NCBI GenBank assembly: GCA_037444665.1
Contig: JBBILZ010000002.1
Span: forward strand, 26,880 to 90,879
Length of the DNA stretch: 64,000 nt
Direction: 5' to 3'
DNA from: a candidate division WOR-3 bacterium
Lineage (GTDB): Bacteria; Hydrothermota; Tepidihabitantia; SM23-42; JAOAFX01
The notes under the pieces were generated by a model. That model worked only from the letters and a program-made list of their open reading frames with translations, was not told the DNA's origin and did not search any database. Positions 1 to 8,916 of this stretch are shown piece after piece. How positions within the stretch are numbered: position 1 is the first letter of the stretch; every line of letters starts with the position of its first letter. The position numbers and the translations under genes were made by a program.

Positions 1-1
1 A

Positions 2-112
2 TCTACTGACCATTTTGGTAAGATCTATGTCAGTGGCATAAATGGTGTAGCAGTTACTATGACGATTGCCTATCAGCCGATTGCTGGTCTGCGCTGGTGC
101 GTAGCGCCGTAA
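2..112 (+). CDS. 3' end of an unknown CDS running in from the left edge
   Basis: Frame 2 is open to TAA 110-112 (STDHFGKIYVSG...WCVAP*) and is followed by a strong terminator. Confidence 0.5.
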   Translation, partial: STDHFGKIYVSGINGVAVTMTIAYQPIAGLRWCVAP

Positions 113-127
113 GATAGAAAAAAACTT

Positions 128-162
128 AAACAAAAGGGCGGGCAAAGCCCGCCCTTTTGTTT
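128..162 (+). terminator. Intrinsic terminator (probably bidirectional)
   Basis: aaacaaaagggcgggc-aaa-gcccgcccttttgttt, perfect stem with A/T tails. Confidence 0.85.
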
Positions 163-198
163 TGCAACATTTTTACGGCAGGCAGAAATGTGTTGCAA
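162..198 (-). repeat. Solo copy of the REP-like hairpin that flanks the RAYT gene
   Basis: Reverse complement ttgcaacacatttctgcctgccgtaaaaatgttgcaa matches the core caac..tttc.gcctgcc..aaaaatgttg at 23691-23722. Confidence 0.6.
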
Positions 199-289
199 TA
201 ATCTTTGCAGTCAGACTATGAAGATAGAAGAGGGCAAGGCTTTAGCCTTTTTGAGTCCTTTTATTTATCCTGCATTATTCATACTCAAT

Positions 290-387
290 GTCATTGCGAG
301 CCTTTGCCGAAGGCAAAGGCGTGGCCATCTCTGAACTGTGCGATAACAGATGAGATTGCTTCGGCAACTGCATTGCCTCGCAATGAC
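290..387. repeat. Palindromic miniature repeat (GTCATTGCGAG...CTCGCAATGAC type)
   Basis: 11-bp terminal inverted repeats gtcattgcgag/ctcgcaatgac; internal hairpin cctttgccgaaggcaaagg and gagattgcttcg motif. Confidence 0.75.
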
Positions 388-555
388 GAGGAAAAAAACA
401 GAGTGTCAAAAATTTTTTCTTGCTGAAAAGTACTGTAGACCAGTTCTGGGACTGCACCAGGACGAATCCTGACCTGTCGTCAGGACAGGTTTAGCCAAAA
501 ATAGTATGAATAATCCGGGTTATATGCCCTAATAATCGCCTGCAATGTCATCCTC

Positions 556-583
556 TTGACTTCAAAAGAATATTTATTATAAT
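556..583 (+). promoter_or_regulatory. sigma70-type promoter for the ATPase gene
   Basis: TTGACT-N16-TATAAT. Confidence 0.65.
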
Positions 584-638
584 TGGCTGTGATTAAAGCC
601 AATTGCCGGAACCGAAAAATTCTTTTTTCATTATTACC

Positions 639-673
639 TAATAATCTTTGCATTAATAACGCAAAGATTATTA
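639..673. promoter_or_regulatory. Operator-like 13-bp inverted repeat upstream of the ATPase
   Basis: taataatctttgc-N9-gcaaagattatta, plus a third half-site aatctttgc at 675-683. Confidence 0.5.
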
Positions 674-692
674 AAATCTTTGCAGTCAAATT

Positions 693-1970
693 ATGAAGAT
701 AGAAGAGTTGAAAAACATTATTAGAGACCAAGCCGAGGAAATAAAAGAAAAATTTGAGAATGAGTATATTGTGCCTAGAGAAGTTGGCAATAACGAACTG
801 TTGAAATCAAATGTCCTTGTTATAACTGGCATAAGAAGGGCTGGAAAATCAATTTTAGCCCATTTGTTGTTTAAAGACAAGAAATATGCATATATAAATT
901 TTGATGATGAAAGGCTCTTCGGTATTAAGACTCAAGAACTAAATAAAATTCTGGAGGCATTTTATCAACTTTATGGTGAGGTAAGGTATATTATTTTGGA
1001 TGAACCCCAGAATGTTATCGGCTGGGAATTATTTGTTAATCGGCTTCAGAAAAATAAAAAAGTCATTATCACGGGCAGTAATGCGAAGTTACTCAGTAAA
1101 GAATTGGCAACTCATCTAACTGGTAGATATATTGATGTCACTTTATACCCTTTTTCATTCAGGGAGTTCTTAGTCTATAAAAAATATAAACCAGATTTGT
1201 ATTTGACATCCTCTATTGCCCAGACAAAGCGTTTTTTGAGTGAATATATGGAAATTGGAGGTTTACCCGAATCTGTTATGGTCGGAAGAAGATATGTATT
1301 AAAATTATACGAGGATATTATAAATAAAGATATAATTTCAAGATACAGAATAAAGTATGTGAGGACATTGAAAGAATTGACGAAATACCTCGTTTCCAAT
1401 TTCTCCTCTGAATTTACTTATCACAAACTTAAAAAATTTTTTGATATCAAAAGTGTTCACACGATAAAAAATTATATTGATTTTTTAGAGATATCATATC
1501 TAATCTTCAAATTGGAGCGTTTCTCATATAAGTTAAAAGAACAGGTCCTTGCCCCAAAAAAGATCTATGTAGTAGACCCCGGAATTGCGAATGTTGGTTT
1601 TAGATTCTCAAAAGACTATGGGCGATTGATGGAGAATGTGGTAGCAATAGAACTTATGAGACAAAAGGCACTAAATCCCTTATATGAAATCTACTATTGG
1701 AAAGATTATCAACAGCACGAGGTAGATTTCGTAATAAAACAAAATTTGCAAGTAAAAGGACTTATTCAGGTCTGTTACAATCTGGAGGATTACATTACAA
1801 GAGAAAGGGAAACAAACTCGTTGGTCAGGGCAAGCAAAGAATTAAGGTGTAAAAATTTGCTAATTATTACAGACGAATATGAATCTGAAGAAATTATAAA
1901 TAAAAAAAGAATAATGTTTATTCCACTATGGAAGTGGCTTTTAGAGATTCCACAAAAATTCGGGGATTGA
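693..1970 (+). CDS. AAA+ ATPase (AAA_14 + DUF4143 type)
   Basis: Walker A GIRRAGKS, LDEPQ Walker B, ITGSNAKLL, KKIYVVDPG, C-terminal ENVVA..EVDFV. Confidence 0.9.
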   Translation: MKIEELKNIIRDQAEEIKEKFENEYIVPREVGNNELLKSNVLVITGIRRAGKSILAHLLFKDKKYAYINFDDERLFGIKTQELNKILEAFYQLYGEVRYIILDEPQNVIGWELFVNRLQKNKKVIITGSNAKLLSKELATHLTGRYIDVTLYPFSFREFLVYKKYKPDLYLTSSIAQTKRFLSEYMEIGGLPESVMVGRRYVLKLYEDIINKDIISRYRIKYVRTLKELTKYLVSNFSSEFTYHKLKKFFDIKSVHTIKNYIDFLEISYLIFKLERFSYKLKEQVLAPKKIYVVDPGIANVGFRFSKDYGRLMENVVAIELMRQKALNPLYEIYYWKDYQQHEVDFVIKQNLQVKGLIQVCYNLEDYITRERETNSLVRASKELRCKNLLIITDEYESEEIINKKRIMFIPLWKWLLEIPQKFGD

Positions 1971-1988
1971 AAATAAATCCATTTATTA

Positions 1989-2016
1989 TTGACAATCAAA
2001 AAAACTTTGTTATACT
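1989..2016 (+). promoter_or_regulatory. sigma70 promoter, leaderless nadE
   Basis: TTGACA-N16-TATACT, with GTG start 6 nt downstream. Confidence 0.7.
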
Positions 2017-2022
2017 TAAAAT

Positions 2023-3663
2023 GTGAAGATTACACTTGCTCAGTTAAATCCAGTAGTTGGTAATATTGATGGAAATTTAAAATTAATTTTTGACACAGTT
2101 AAACAGGCAAGTAATGAAAAAACAGACCTCGTTGTCTTTCCTGAACTCTTTCTCTGCGGCTATCCACCCCAGGATTTGCTTGAAAGAAAATGGTTTATCA
2201 AAAGGATTGAGCAAGCAATAGAAGAGGTTGTAAAAATATCTTCATATTATCCTGATACAGGCATCATCTTTGGTGCACCAACATTTTCTTATAAAAATAC
2301 GGGCCGCGGACTCTACAACTCTGCAATCTTTGTGTATCGGGGATTGATTAACCATATCCAGCACAAATCCCTTTTGCCCACTTATGATGTATTTGATGAG
2401 GCAAGATACTTTGACCCTGGCACAGAGATTATACCAGTCCAGTTCAAGAACGAAATGCTCGGCATTTCTATCTGTGAAGATGCCTGGAATATTCCAGAAT
2501 TGTGGCAGAGACAGTTCTATGACCTTGACCCGATAAAGATAATTGCACAAAAGGGTGCAACACTGCTAATTAATATCTCTGCATCACCCTTTACTGTGGG
2601 CAAAGAAGAGATTCGTTTTCGTATTTTACAGGCACATGCAAAAAAGTATAAAATACCGGTTGTCTTTGTAAATCAAATCGGCGCAAATGATGAATTGATA
2701 TTTGATGGCAGGAGTATATTTATAGATAGAAATGGTTTACCAATTGATGTCCTGCCTCCTTTTGTGGAATCTGTAAGAACAATAGAAATAAATACTGCAG
2801 GAAAAGAAAACAATTACCAGGCACAGGAGCATATTGAAAGCGTTTATCAGGCACTCGTCCTGGGTGTGCGTGACTATTTGAAAAAATGCGGTTTTAAAAA
2901 GGTAATCATAGGGCTCTCTGGAGGCATTGATTCTGCACTCGTTGCCTGCATTGCGGTTGAGGCAATTGGCGCAGACAATGTCCTTGGTGTAACTATGCCC
3001 GGACCTTATTCTTCAAAAGGTAGTTTTTTAGATTCTGAAAAACTTGCGGAAAATCTTGGCATTGAAATCAAAAACATTTCAATAAACAATATTTATAATA
3101 CTTATCTTGAAACCCTGAAGAGTGAATTCAAGAATAAAAAAACAGACATAACTGAAGAGAATATTCAGGCAAGAATCCGTGGCAATATCCTGATGGCACT
3201 TTCTAATAAATTTGGTTATCTTGTTTTGACAACAGGGAACAAGAGTGAACTTGCAGTTGGATATTGCACACTATATGGTGATATGAGTGGAGGTCTTGCC
3301 GTGATTTCTGATGTGCCTAAGACAATGGTCTATAAAATTGCCCGATATGTCAATCGCAAAAAAGAGATAATCCCTGAAGCGATAATAAAAAAGCCACCTT
3401 CAGCCGAACTCAAGCCAAATCAACTTGACCAGGATACGCTCCCACCTTATGAAATTCTTGACCCTATACTACAATTATACATTGAAGAAGGATTATCAAG
3501 AGATGAGATTATAACACAGGGATTCAAACCTGAAACTGTGGACTGGGTCATAAAGACCGTAAATAGAAATGAATATAAGAGGCGCCAGGCACCACCCGGT
3601 TTAAAAGTGACTTCAAAGGCATTTGGTCTGGGCAGAAGGATGCCCATCGCCGCAAAATTTTGA
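2023..3663 (+). CDS. nadE: Glutamine-dependent NAD+ synthetase
   Basis: Nitrilase domain (FPEL, KSLLPTYDVFDE, ICEDAW) plus synthetase domain (GLSGGIDS, ENIQARIRG, TGNKSE, PSAEL). Confidence 0.95.
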   Translation: MKITLAQLNPVVGNIDGNLKLIFDTVKQASNEKTDLVVFPELFLCGYPPQDLLERKWFIKRIEQAIEEVVKISSYYPDTGIIFGAPTFSYKNTGRGLYNSAIFVYRGLINHIQHKSLLPTYDVFDEARYFDPGTEIIPVQFKNEMLGISICEDAWNIPELWQRQFYDLDPIKIIAQKGATLLINISASPFTVGKEEIRFRILQAHAKKYKIPVVFVNQIGANDELIFDGRSIFIDRNGLPIDVLPPFVESVRTIEINTAGKENNYQAQEHIESVYQALVLGVRDYLKKCGFKKVIIGLSGGIDSALVACIAVEAIGADNVLGVTMPGPYSSKGSFLDSEKLAENLGIEIKNISINNIYNTYLETLKSEFKNKKTDITEENIQARIRGNILMALSNKFGYLVLTTGNKSELAVGYCTLYGDMSGGLAVISDVPKTMVYKIARYVNRKKEIIPEAIIKKPPSAELKPNQLDQDTLPPYEILDPILQLYIEEGLSRDEIITQGFKPETVDWVIKTVNRNEYKRRQAPPGLKVTSKAFGLGRRMPIAAKF

Positions 3664-3889
3664 TTTATTATAGCGAATTACCCTTTCTAAATCGCAATTG
3701 AATGTATAATCTAAAAATGACATCATGAGATGACTCCTTGATTAGCCTTTAGATTTTCAGGTATTTTAAAATGCTTCACGGGGCTTAAGTCCTTACCCCA
3801 TTTTTACATAGATTGGAATAGAGGCTTTAGCCTCGTGGGATATTGACAGAAATTAAATTTTGGATATATTTTACCATCAAGGAGGATGC

Positions 3890-4222
3890 ATGAAGTTCTA
3901 TATCGCTCTTTTGATGCTGGGGATAGTATTATTCAGTAATTGTGGCACAGTATTGGTCAATGCCCCGGCAAAAGAAGATGTCCGGCTAATGTCCGAAACA
4001 GAAGCCTCATCTTTTAAAACCAAAATGAAATGCTGGTATGTACTCTGGGGATTGGTGCCGATTTCCAATAACTCAACTGCTGATATCATCGCCAAACATC
4101 AACTGAAAAATACACGGGTAAAGACTTATTACTCTTTTGTCGATTTTCTAATCAACATGGTTCTCGGTTCATTCACTATCTATACGAACACGGTAGAGAT
4201 TGAAGGTAATGTATCTAAGTAG
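3890..4222 (+). CDS. Small Bor/TRL-like lipoprotein
   Basis: GGAGG RBS before ATG 3890; lipobox-like FSNC; WYVLWGLVP motif; promoter TTGACA-N16-TATATT at 3843-3870. Confidence 0.6.
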   Translation: MKFYIALLMLGIVLFSNCGTVLVNAPAKEDVRLMSETEASSFKTKMKCWYVLWGLVPISNNSTADIIAKHQLKNTRVKTYYSFVDFLINMVLGSFTIYTNTVEIEGNVSK

Positions 4223-4239
4223 CAATAGAGAAAATCATT

Positions 4240-4271
4240 AAAAAAGGGCAGGCAATTGCCTGCCCTTTTTT
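4240..4271. terminator. Bidirectional intrinsic terminator
   Basis: aaaaaagggcaggcaa/ttgcctgccctttttt between convergent genes. Confidence 0.9.
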
Positions 4272-4284
4272 GTTTTACTCTTTT

Positions 4285-4764
4285 TTATAGTCCGAGTTTC
4301 AATGGGATTCTGATGCCACCCATAACATTTATCGGCATATATGAGTTACCAACTTCAGGCGAAACGAAATTGAGATTCCCTTCTACATAGCCACTCATAT
4401 TTCCGAAACCCATCTCTGCACCAAGACCACCTTTAAATGTCATATAGGCATCTTTTACAAACCAGAACCCAGCAACCACATAAGGCTGGACTGGTGCAGC
4501 CATAGGTATGCTAATCAGCAGGTCAGAACCAGTAAAAGTTCCGAAATGCATAGGCGTACCTTCGCTGAAATCCACTTCAACAAGGTATCCTCTTGCCTTT
4601 AAGATTGGAAGAAGACCTATAATCACATCTGCCTTTACTCCAAAGTATGCGCCTCCACCATATTCATCAGTAACATCCTGATAAGCACCGCTGAGGCTGA
4701 GTGTTAAACCATACAACCCACTCAGCATTGTTGCCACTACTGTAATGGCAAATAGTTTCTTCAT
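4285..4764 (-). CDS. Outer-membrane beta-barrel protein (8-strand OmpA/PorT-like)
   Basis: Signal peptide, amphipathic strands (QPYVVAG, FKGGLGAE, GGIRIP), AAAGGAGG RBS. Confidence 0.65.
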   Translation of the reverse strand: MKKLFAITVVATMLSGLYGLTLSLSGAYQDVTDEYGGGAYFGVKADVIIGLLPILKARGYLVEVDFSEGTPMHFGTFTGSDLLISIPMAAPVQPYVVAGFWFVKDAYMTFKGGLGAEMGFGNMSGYVEGNLNFVSPEVGNSYMPINVMGGIRIPLKLGL

Positions 4765-4842
4765 TAGAAACCTCCTTTCGGCTCAAATTATATATATAAT
4801 TCGCTTTTTGTCAAGTAGATTTTGCATTAGGCAAAAATGTTG

Positions 4843-5895
4843 TCAGGATTTTTCAAATTTAAGTTTTGTTATATAGGCTAATCCCGATACTATAGCAGAG
4901 CTGAATAAAAGTATCCGAAAACCTAAAAGGGCAATCAAACCACCAATCAATGGACCTATGATACCGGATAAGCCAATTACTGAATTTAAGAATCCTGTGG
5001 CAGTTGCCTGTTCAAGATTATTTTTTAATAAAAATTTTATTGAACCTAAATATAATGTTGCCCAGGAAAAACCGAGTAAAACCTGGAAAAATAGAATATA
5101 ACGCCAGTGTGTCGCAATTCCATAACCAAAAAATGTCAACGCTGAACTGAATATTCCCATCAGGATCAAAGTTTCGCTTTTCTTTTTTTCCATTAAAATC
5201 ATAAAAATAAACTGGGCAAAAGGATTAATTGCATACATTAAACCAATTTGAAATTTAGTTGCGCCAAGTTGATACAGATATATCGGGAATATTGCCCATA
5301 TTGCCTGGGCTGCGCTATGCCTGATAAAAAATGGCAGATAAACACGCAGGTTTTTACGGATTAACTGCAGCGGAAACAATGGAACATATATTTGTTTTTT
5401 CTCTTCTTTTATGAAAAAACCAAGTATAAAACCGATCAAACAGAATATTGCAGATGCCGAAAAGATTAAAAAATTTTTCTTTAAAACCCCGGGTAAGAAA
5501 TTTCCAATTGTATAACCGAGCGAACCCAAACCTGAGAACAGACCCAAAGAACTGCCCCAGGCAAGTGCAGTAATTGAACCCGGTATCATACCAATACTTA
5601 AACCTGCAAGCCCACGAAATAGAAATGTCGTATTTAAATTATTTATAAAATTGTGACTGAACAGCACAACCATTGAGATAAAAAATCCAGCAATTATTAT
5701 TTTTTTTCTTGAATACATATCACCAAGCCTTCCGAATAATACAGACGAGAAAAAAAGTGTTCCATTATATAATACAAGGATTAGAGATATCAAAAATAGA
5801 TTATCTGTATATTGGGCAGCAATTAATGGAACAAAAATTGATGCAGTTATCCAGGATGCAGAATAACAAAAATTAAGAATATTTACAATATTCAG
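4843..5895 (-). CDS. MFS transporter (true start probably upstream of 5793, possibly CTG 5895)
   Basis: Motif A FGRLGDMYSRKK and many TM helices; frame stays open upstream through a hydrophobic TM1. Confidence 0.85.
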   Translation of the reverse strand: MNIVNILNFCYSASWITASIFVPLIAAQYTDNLFLISLILVLYNGTLFFSSVLFGRLGDMYSRKKIIIAGFFISMVVLFSHNFINNLNTTFLFRGLAGLSIGMIPGSITALAWGSSLGLFSGLGSLGYTIGNFLPGVLKKNFLIFSASAIFCLIGFILGFFIKEEKKQIYVPLFPLQLIRKNLRVYLPFFIRHSAAQAIWAIFPIYLYQLGATKFQIGLMYAINPFAQFIFMILMEKKKSETLILMGIFSSALTFFGYGIATHWRYILFFQVLLGFSWATLYLGSIKFLLKNNLEQATATGFLNSVIGLSGIIGPLIGGLIALLGFRILLFSSAIVSGLAYITKLKFEKS

Positions 5896-5897
5896 TT

Positions 5898-6446
5898 TTA
5901 GACGCCTCCCAACTTGGTCAATGGAACATTGCTTTTACAAAGTGGGCACGCCTCGGGCTGGAAATTTTCTACTTCTTTTTTATAAAGTGATTGGTATGCA
6001 AAAGCCATTTTTGAAGAACTCCGGTCAATGAGCACAACAATGCCAATAATGTTACCATTCTTTTCCTTTACTGCCTCAATGGTTTCATTAAGTGATTTAC
6101 CGGTTGTAAGCACATCGTCCACTATAAGAATATTTTTGCCGGAAATATTGAAACCGCGAGCAACAACCATTTTGCCTTCTCGTTCCTCAGCAAATCCTGC
6201 ATTGCACTGCAGTTGTCGCGCAGTTTCAAATGCGATGATAATACCACCCGTGGTCGGTCCAACCACCCAGTCAACCTTTTTATCTCTAAATCTATCAGCA
6301 ATTATTGTGCATAGTTTACTCGTTATTTCAGGATTCTCTAAGATCCGGAATTTTTCAAAGTAATATTTGCTGTGTAATCCTGAATTCAATACAAAATGTC
6401 CTTCTAAAAGGACCTTATATTTTCGTAGTATCTCTTCAACCTGCAT
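5898..6446 (-). CDS. pyrE: Orotate phosphoribosyltransferase
   Basis: GHFVLNSGLHSKYY, PRPP-binding IVDDVLTTGKS; pyr cluster. Confidence 0.93.
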   Translation of the reverse strand: MQVEEILRKYKVLLEGHFVLNSGLHSKYYFEKFRILENPEITSKLCTIIADRFRDKKVDWVVGPTTGGIIIAFETARQLQCNAGFAEEREGKMVVARGFNISGKNILIVDDVLTTGKSLNETIEAVKEKNGNIIGIVVLIDRSSSKMAFAYQSLYKKEVENFQPEACPLCKSNVPLTKLGGV

Positions 6447-7155
6447 CTTCCATCTCCTTAATAATCTTTTTTGCAGACTGCAAAGGGTCTTTTGCCGCCA
6501 CAATGGGTCTACCCACAACAATATAGTCTGCACCTGCTTTTATTGCCTGACCCGCAGTCATTGTCCTTGCCTGGTCATCTACTGCCTCACCTTCTGGTCT
6601 GATACCTGGTGTAACAATCAAAAAATCCTTTCCACAGTTCTGTCTTATTCTGTCTATCTCATGCGGTGATGCAACAACCCCATCAAGCCCGGCACTCTGG
6701 GCAAGTCGTGCAAGGAACATAACCTGTTCTTCAATGGTCCTTTTAATATCTCCAAACAGATCCTTAAAATAGGCTTCATCAATACTCGTCAAAACAGTGA
6801 TGCCAAGCAATTTTGGTCGCGGTATCTTTTTTACATCAGAAATTAGTGAAACTGCCTTTACTGCCTCTTCCATCATCATAAAGCCACCATTGATATGGAG
6901 GGTCAACAGGTCAACGCCCATTGCCATTGCTCCTTCACAGGCACGCGCAACTGTATTAGGAATATCATGATATTTTAAATCCAGCATCACTTTCAACCCT
7001 CTATCTTTTAAGAATTTTACCACTTCTGGTCCAAAATAAGTAAATGGTATTGCGCCAATTTTGTAGTATTTCACTACACTATGTAGTTTATCAACAATCA
7101 ATTTAATTTTATTTATGTCATTCAAATCAAGTGCCACAATCAATTTTTCTTGCAT
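6436..7155 (-). CDS. pyrF: Orotidine-5'-phosphate decarboxylase
   Basis: DLKYHDIPNT, VTPGIR, IVVGRPI. Confidence 0.96.
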   Translation of the reverse strand: MQEKLIVALDLNDINKIKLIVDKLHSVVKYYKIGAIPFTYFGPEVVKFLKDRGLKVMLDLKYHDIPNTVARACEGAMAMGVDLLTLHINGGFMMMEEAVKAVSLISDVKKIPRPKLLGITVLTSIDEAYFKDLFGDIKRTIEEQVMFLARLAQSAGLDGVVASPHEIDRIRQNCGKDFLIVTPGIRPEGEAVDDQARTMTAGQAIKAGADYIVVGRPIVAAKDPLQSAKKIIKEMEDAG

Positions 7156-8015
7156 TGTTGCTCCTTTAAATTTATATTTAAATCAAATTTATTCATCCAC
7201 ATTTTGAATTCTTTTATAATTTTTAGCGGTGCATATGGATCACGCAAAACCGCAGTGCCGATAGCCACTGCTGAAGCACCAGCAAGCAGAAATTCACAAA
7301 CATCCTTTCCGGTCATAATACCACCCATTCCAATTATCGGCACCTTTAAATCTTTTAATTTGTGCACACAATATAATGCAAACGGTTTTATTGCCGGGCC
7401 AGAGAGTCCACCAGTAATAATTGGCTTCTTGCTTATCACATTAAATGCCATTCCATAAAGTGTATTTATCAAAGAAATACCGTCTGCACCGGCATCAATG
7501 CAGGCTTTAGCTATAATCAGTGGGTCGCAAAAGTTTGCGGTCAGTTTCACAATCACGGGAAGTCTGGTTCTCTTCCTCACCATTTTAACAATTTTACCGA
7601 CTGTTTCAGGATTCTGGCCAAATAATACTCCCCCTTCCTTCACATTGGGGCAGGAAACATTCAATTCAAATCCAGTGACCCTATCTCCAATATCTTCAAC
7701 AATCCTCACATATTCTTCTATTGTAAATCCCGCAACATTCACAAATATTCTATTATTTATCTTTTTAATCTCGGGTAAAATTTTGCTACAAAATTCTTTT
7801 ACACCGGGATTTTCCAGACCTACAGAATTTATAATACCACAGGCTGTTTCATAGATTCTTGGCGGTGGATTGCCTGACCTCGGCAATAGTGTAATGCCTT
7901 TGGTAAATATTGCACCCACACTCTTTGTAACCGTTCTATATTTCAAACCAAAACCAAATACACCCGAGGCGAGAAAGACCGGGTTTTTGAATTTTATTCC
8001 AAAAAGTTCAATCAT
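7140..8015 (-). CDS. pyrD: Dihydroorotate dehydrogenase 1B catalytic subunit
   Basis: NPVFLASG, GNPPPR, NVSCPN, GGLSGPAIKP. Confidence 0.95.
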   Translation of the reverse strand: MIELFGIKFKNPVFLASGVFGFGLKYRTVTKSVGAIFTKGITLLPRSGNPPPRIYETACGIINSVGLENPGVKEFCSKILPEIKKINNRIFVNVAGFTIEEYVRIVEDIGDRVTGFELNVSCPNVKEGGVLFGQNPETVGKIVKMVRKRTRLPVIVKLTANFCDPLIIAKACIDAGADGISLINTLYGMAFNVISKKPIITGGLSGPAIKPFALYCVHKLKDLKVPIIGMGGIMTGKDVCEFLLAGASAVAIGTAVLRDPYAPLKIIKEFKMWMNKFDLNINLKEQQCKKN

Positions 8016-8036
8016 TAAATCTCACCAATGCCGGTC

Positions 8037-8170
8037 AAATTCTAAATTCGAAATCCTAATTTCTAAATAAATTCTGATTATCCAATTTTCTAATTTCTCA
8101 AACAGTTTAAAATATTGGAATTTCGTATTTAGATATTGTTTCGGATTTCGTGCTTCGGATTTAGGATTTT
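8037..8170. repeat. Imperfect ~134-bp palindrome built of heptamer units (aaatccg/cggattt type)
   Basis: Left arm aaattct aaattcg aaatcct aatttct..., right arm ...cggattt cgtgctt cggattt aggattt; inverted homolog at 10170-10315. Confidence 0.8.
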
Positions 8171-8916
8171 TATGCATTAAATTCTATCCCCTTCAACTCA
8201 AATACTGGACCATCCTCACAAATCCGTTTGTATTCACCATAGTATTCTATTGCACAGCCCAGGCACAGACCACAACCGCAACCAAGAAAATCCTCACAAA
8301 AGGCATAGACCGGTATATTCAAATCCATCAATTTTAACTCTTTAAGCATCTGCTTTGGTCCGCAGGCATAACAGATTTCATATTTTTTCAGGTCTATCTC
8401 TTTTAATGCAGAAAGCGCCGTCCCTTTTTTTTTGTTTCCGTATTCAGTTATAAAAATGGATTCGCGGGCAAGTTCGGCAATCTCTTTTTTCAATACAATA
8501 TCTTCTGGATATTTTGCTCCGTAGATAAAAGTGAAATCTATTTTACGATTATGTAGCACCTGTGCAAGATAGTAGAGTGGCGCAACACCAATCCCACCCG
8601 CAACAAGAATACTTTTCCTGTTTCTAATCTTTATCTTGTTTCCGAATGGTCCCAATATTACGAGTTCGTCTCCCTTCTCTTTTCTGCTTAAAATCTCTGT
8701 GCCTTTACCCACGACCTTAATAATCATTAGCACCCTGTTTTTTTTGTAGGAAGCAATACTTATTGGACGATTCAAGATAGGGTCATAAGAATCATTAGCC
8801 TGCACCTGGAAAAACTGTCCTGGTTCTGGCGCAATCCCCTTTAAATAGAATTCAAAAGAAAAAATATCTGAACTGAGCCATTCTTTTTCAATTATTTTTA
8901 CCCGATGACTAATCAT
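8170..8916 (-). CDS. pyrK: Dihydroorotate dehydrogenase electron-transfer subunit
   Basis: PGQF, RPISI, GGIGVAP, 2Fe-2S motif CGCGLCLGC..C..GPVF. Confidence 0.92.
   Translation of the reverse strand: MISHRVKIIEKEWLSSDIFSFEFYLKGIAPEPGQFFQVQANDSYDPILNRPISIASYKKNRVLMIIKVVGKGTEILSRKEKGDELVILGPFGNKIKIRNRKSILVAGGIGVAPLYYLAQVLHNRKIDFTFIYGAKYPEDIVLKKEIAELARESIFITEYGNKKKGTALSALKEIDLKKYEICYACGPKQMLKELKLMDLNIPVYAFCEDFLGCGCGLCLGCAIEYYGEYKRICEDGPVFELKGIEFNA

Noticed and set aside
205..731. Short ORFs 205-426, 275-457 and 480-731
   Set aside because: They overlap palindromic repeats and a promoter, with no recognisable motifs
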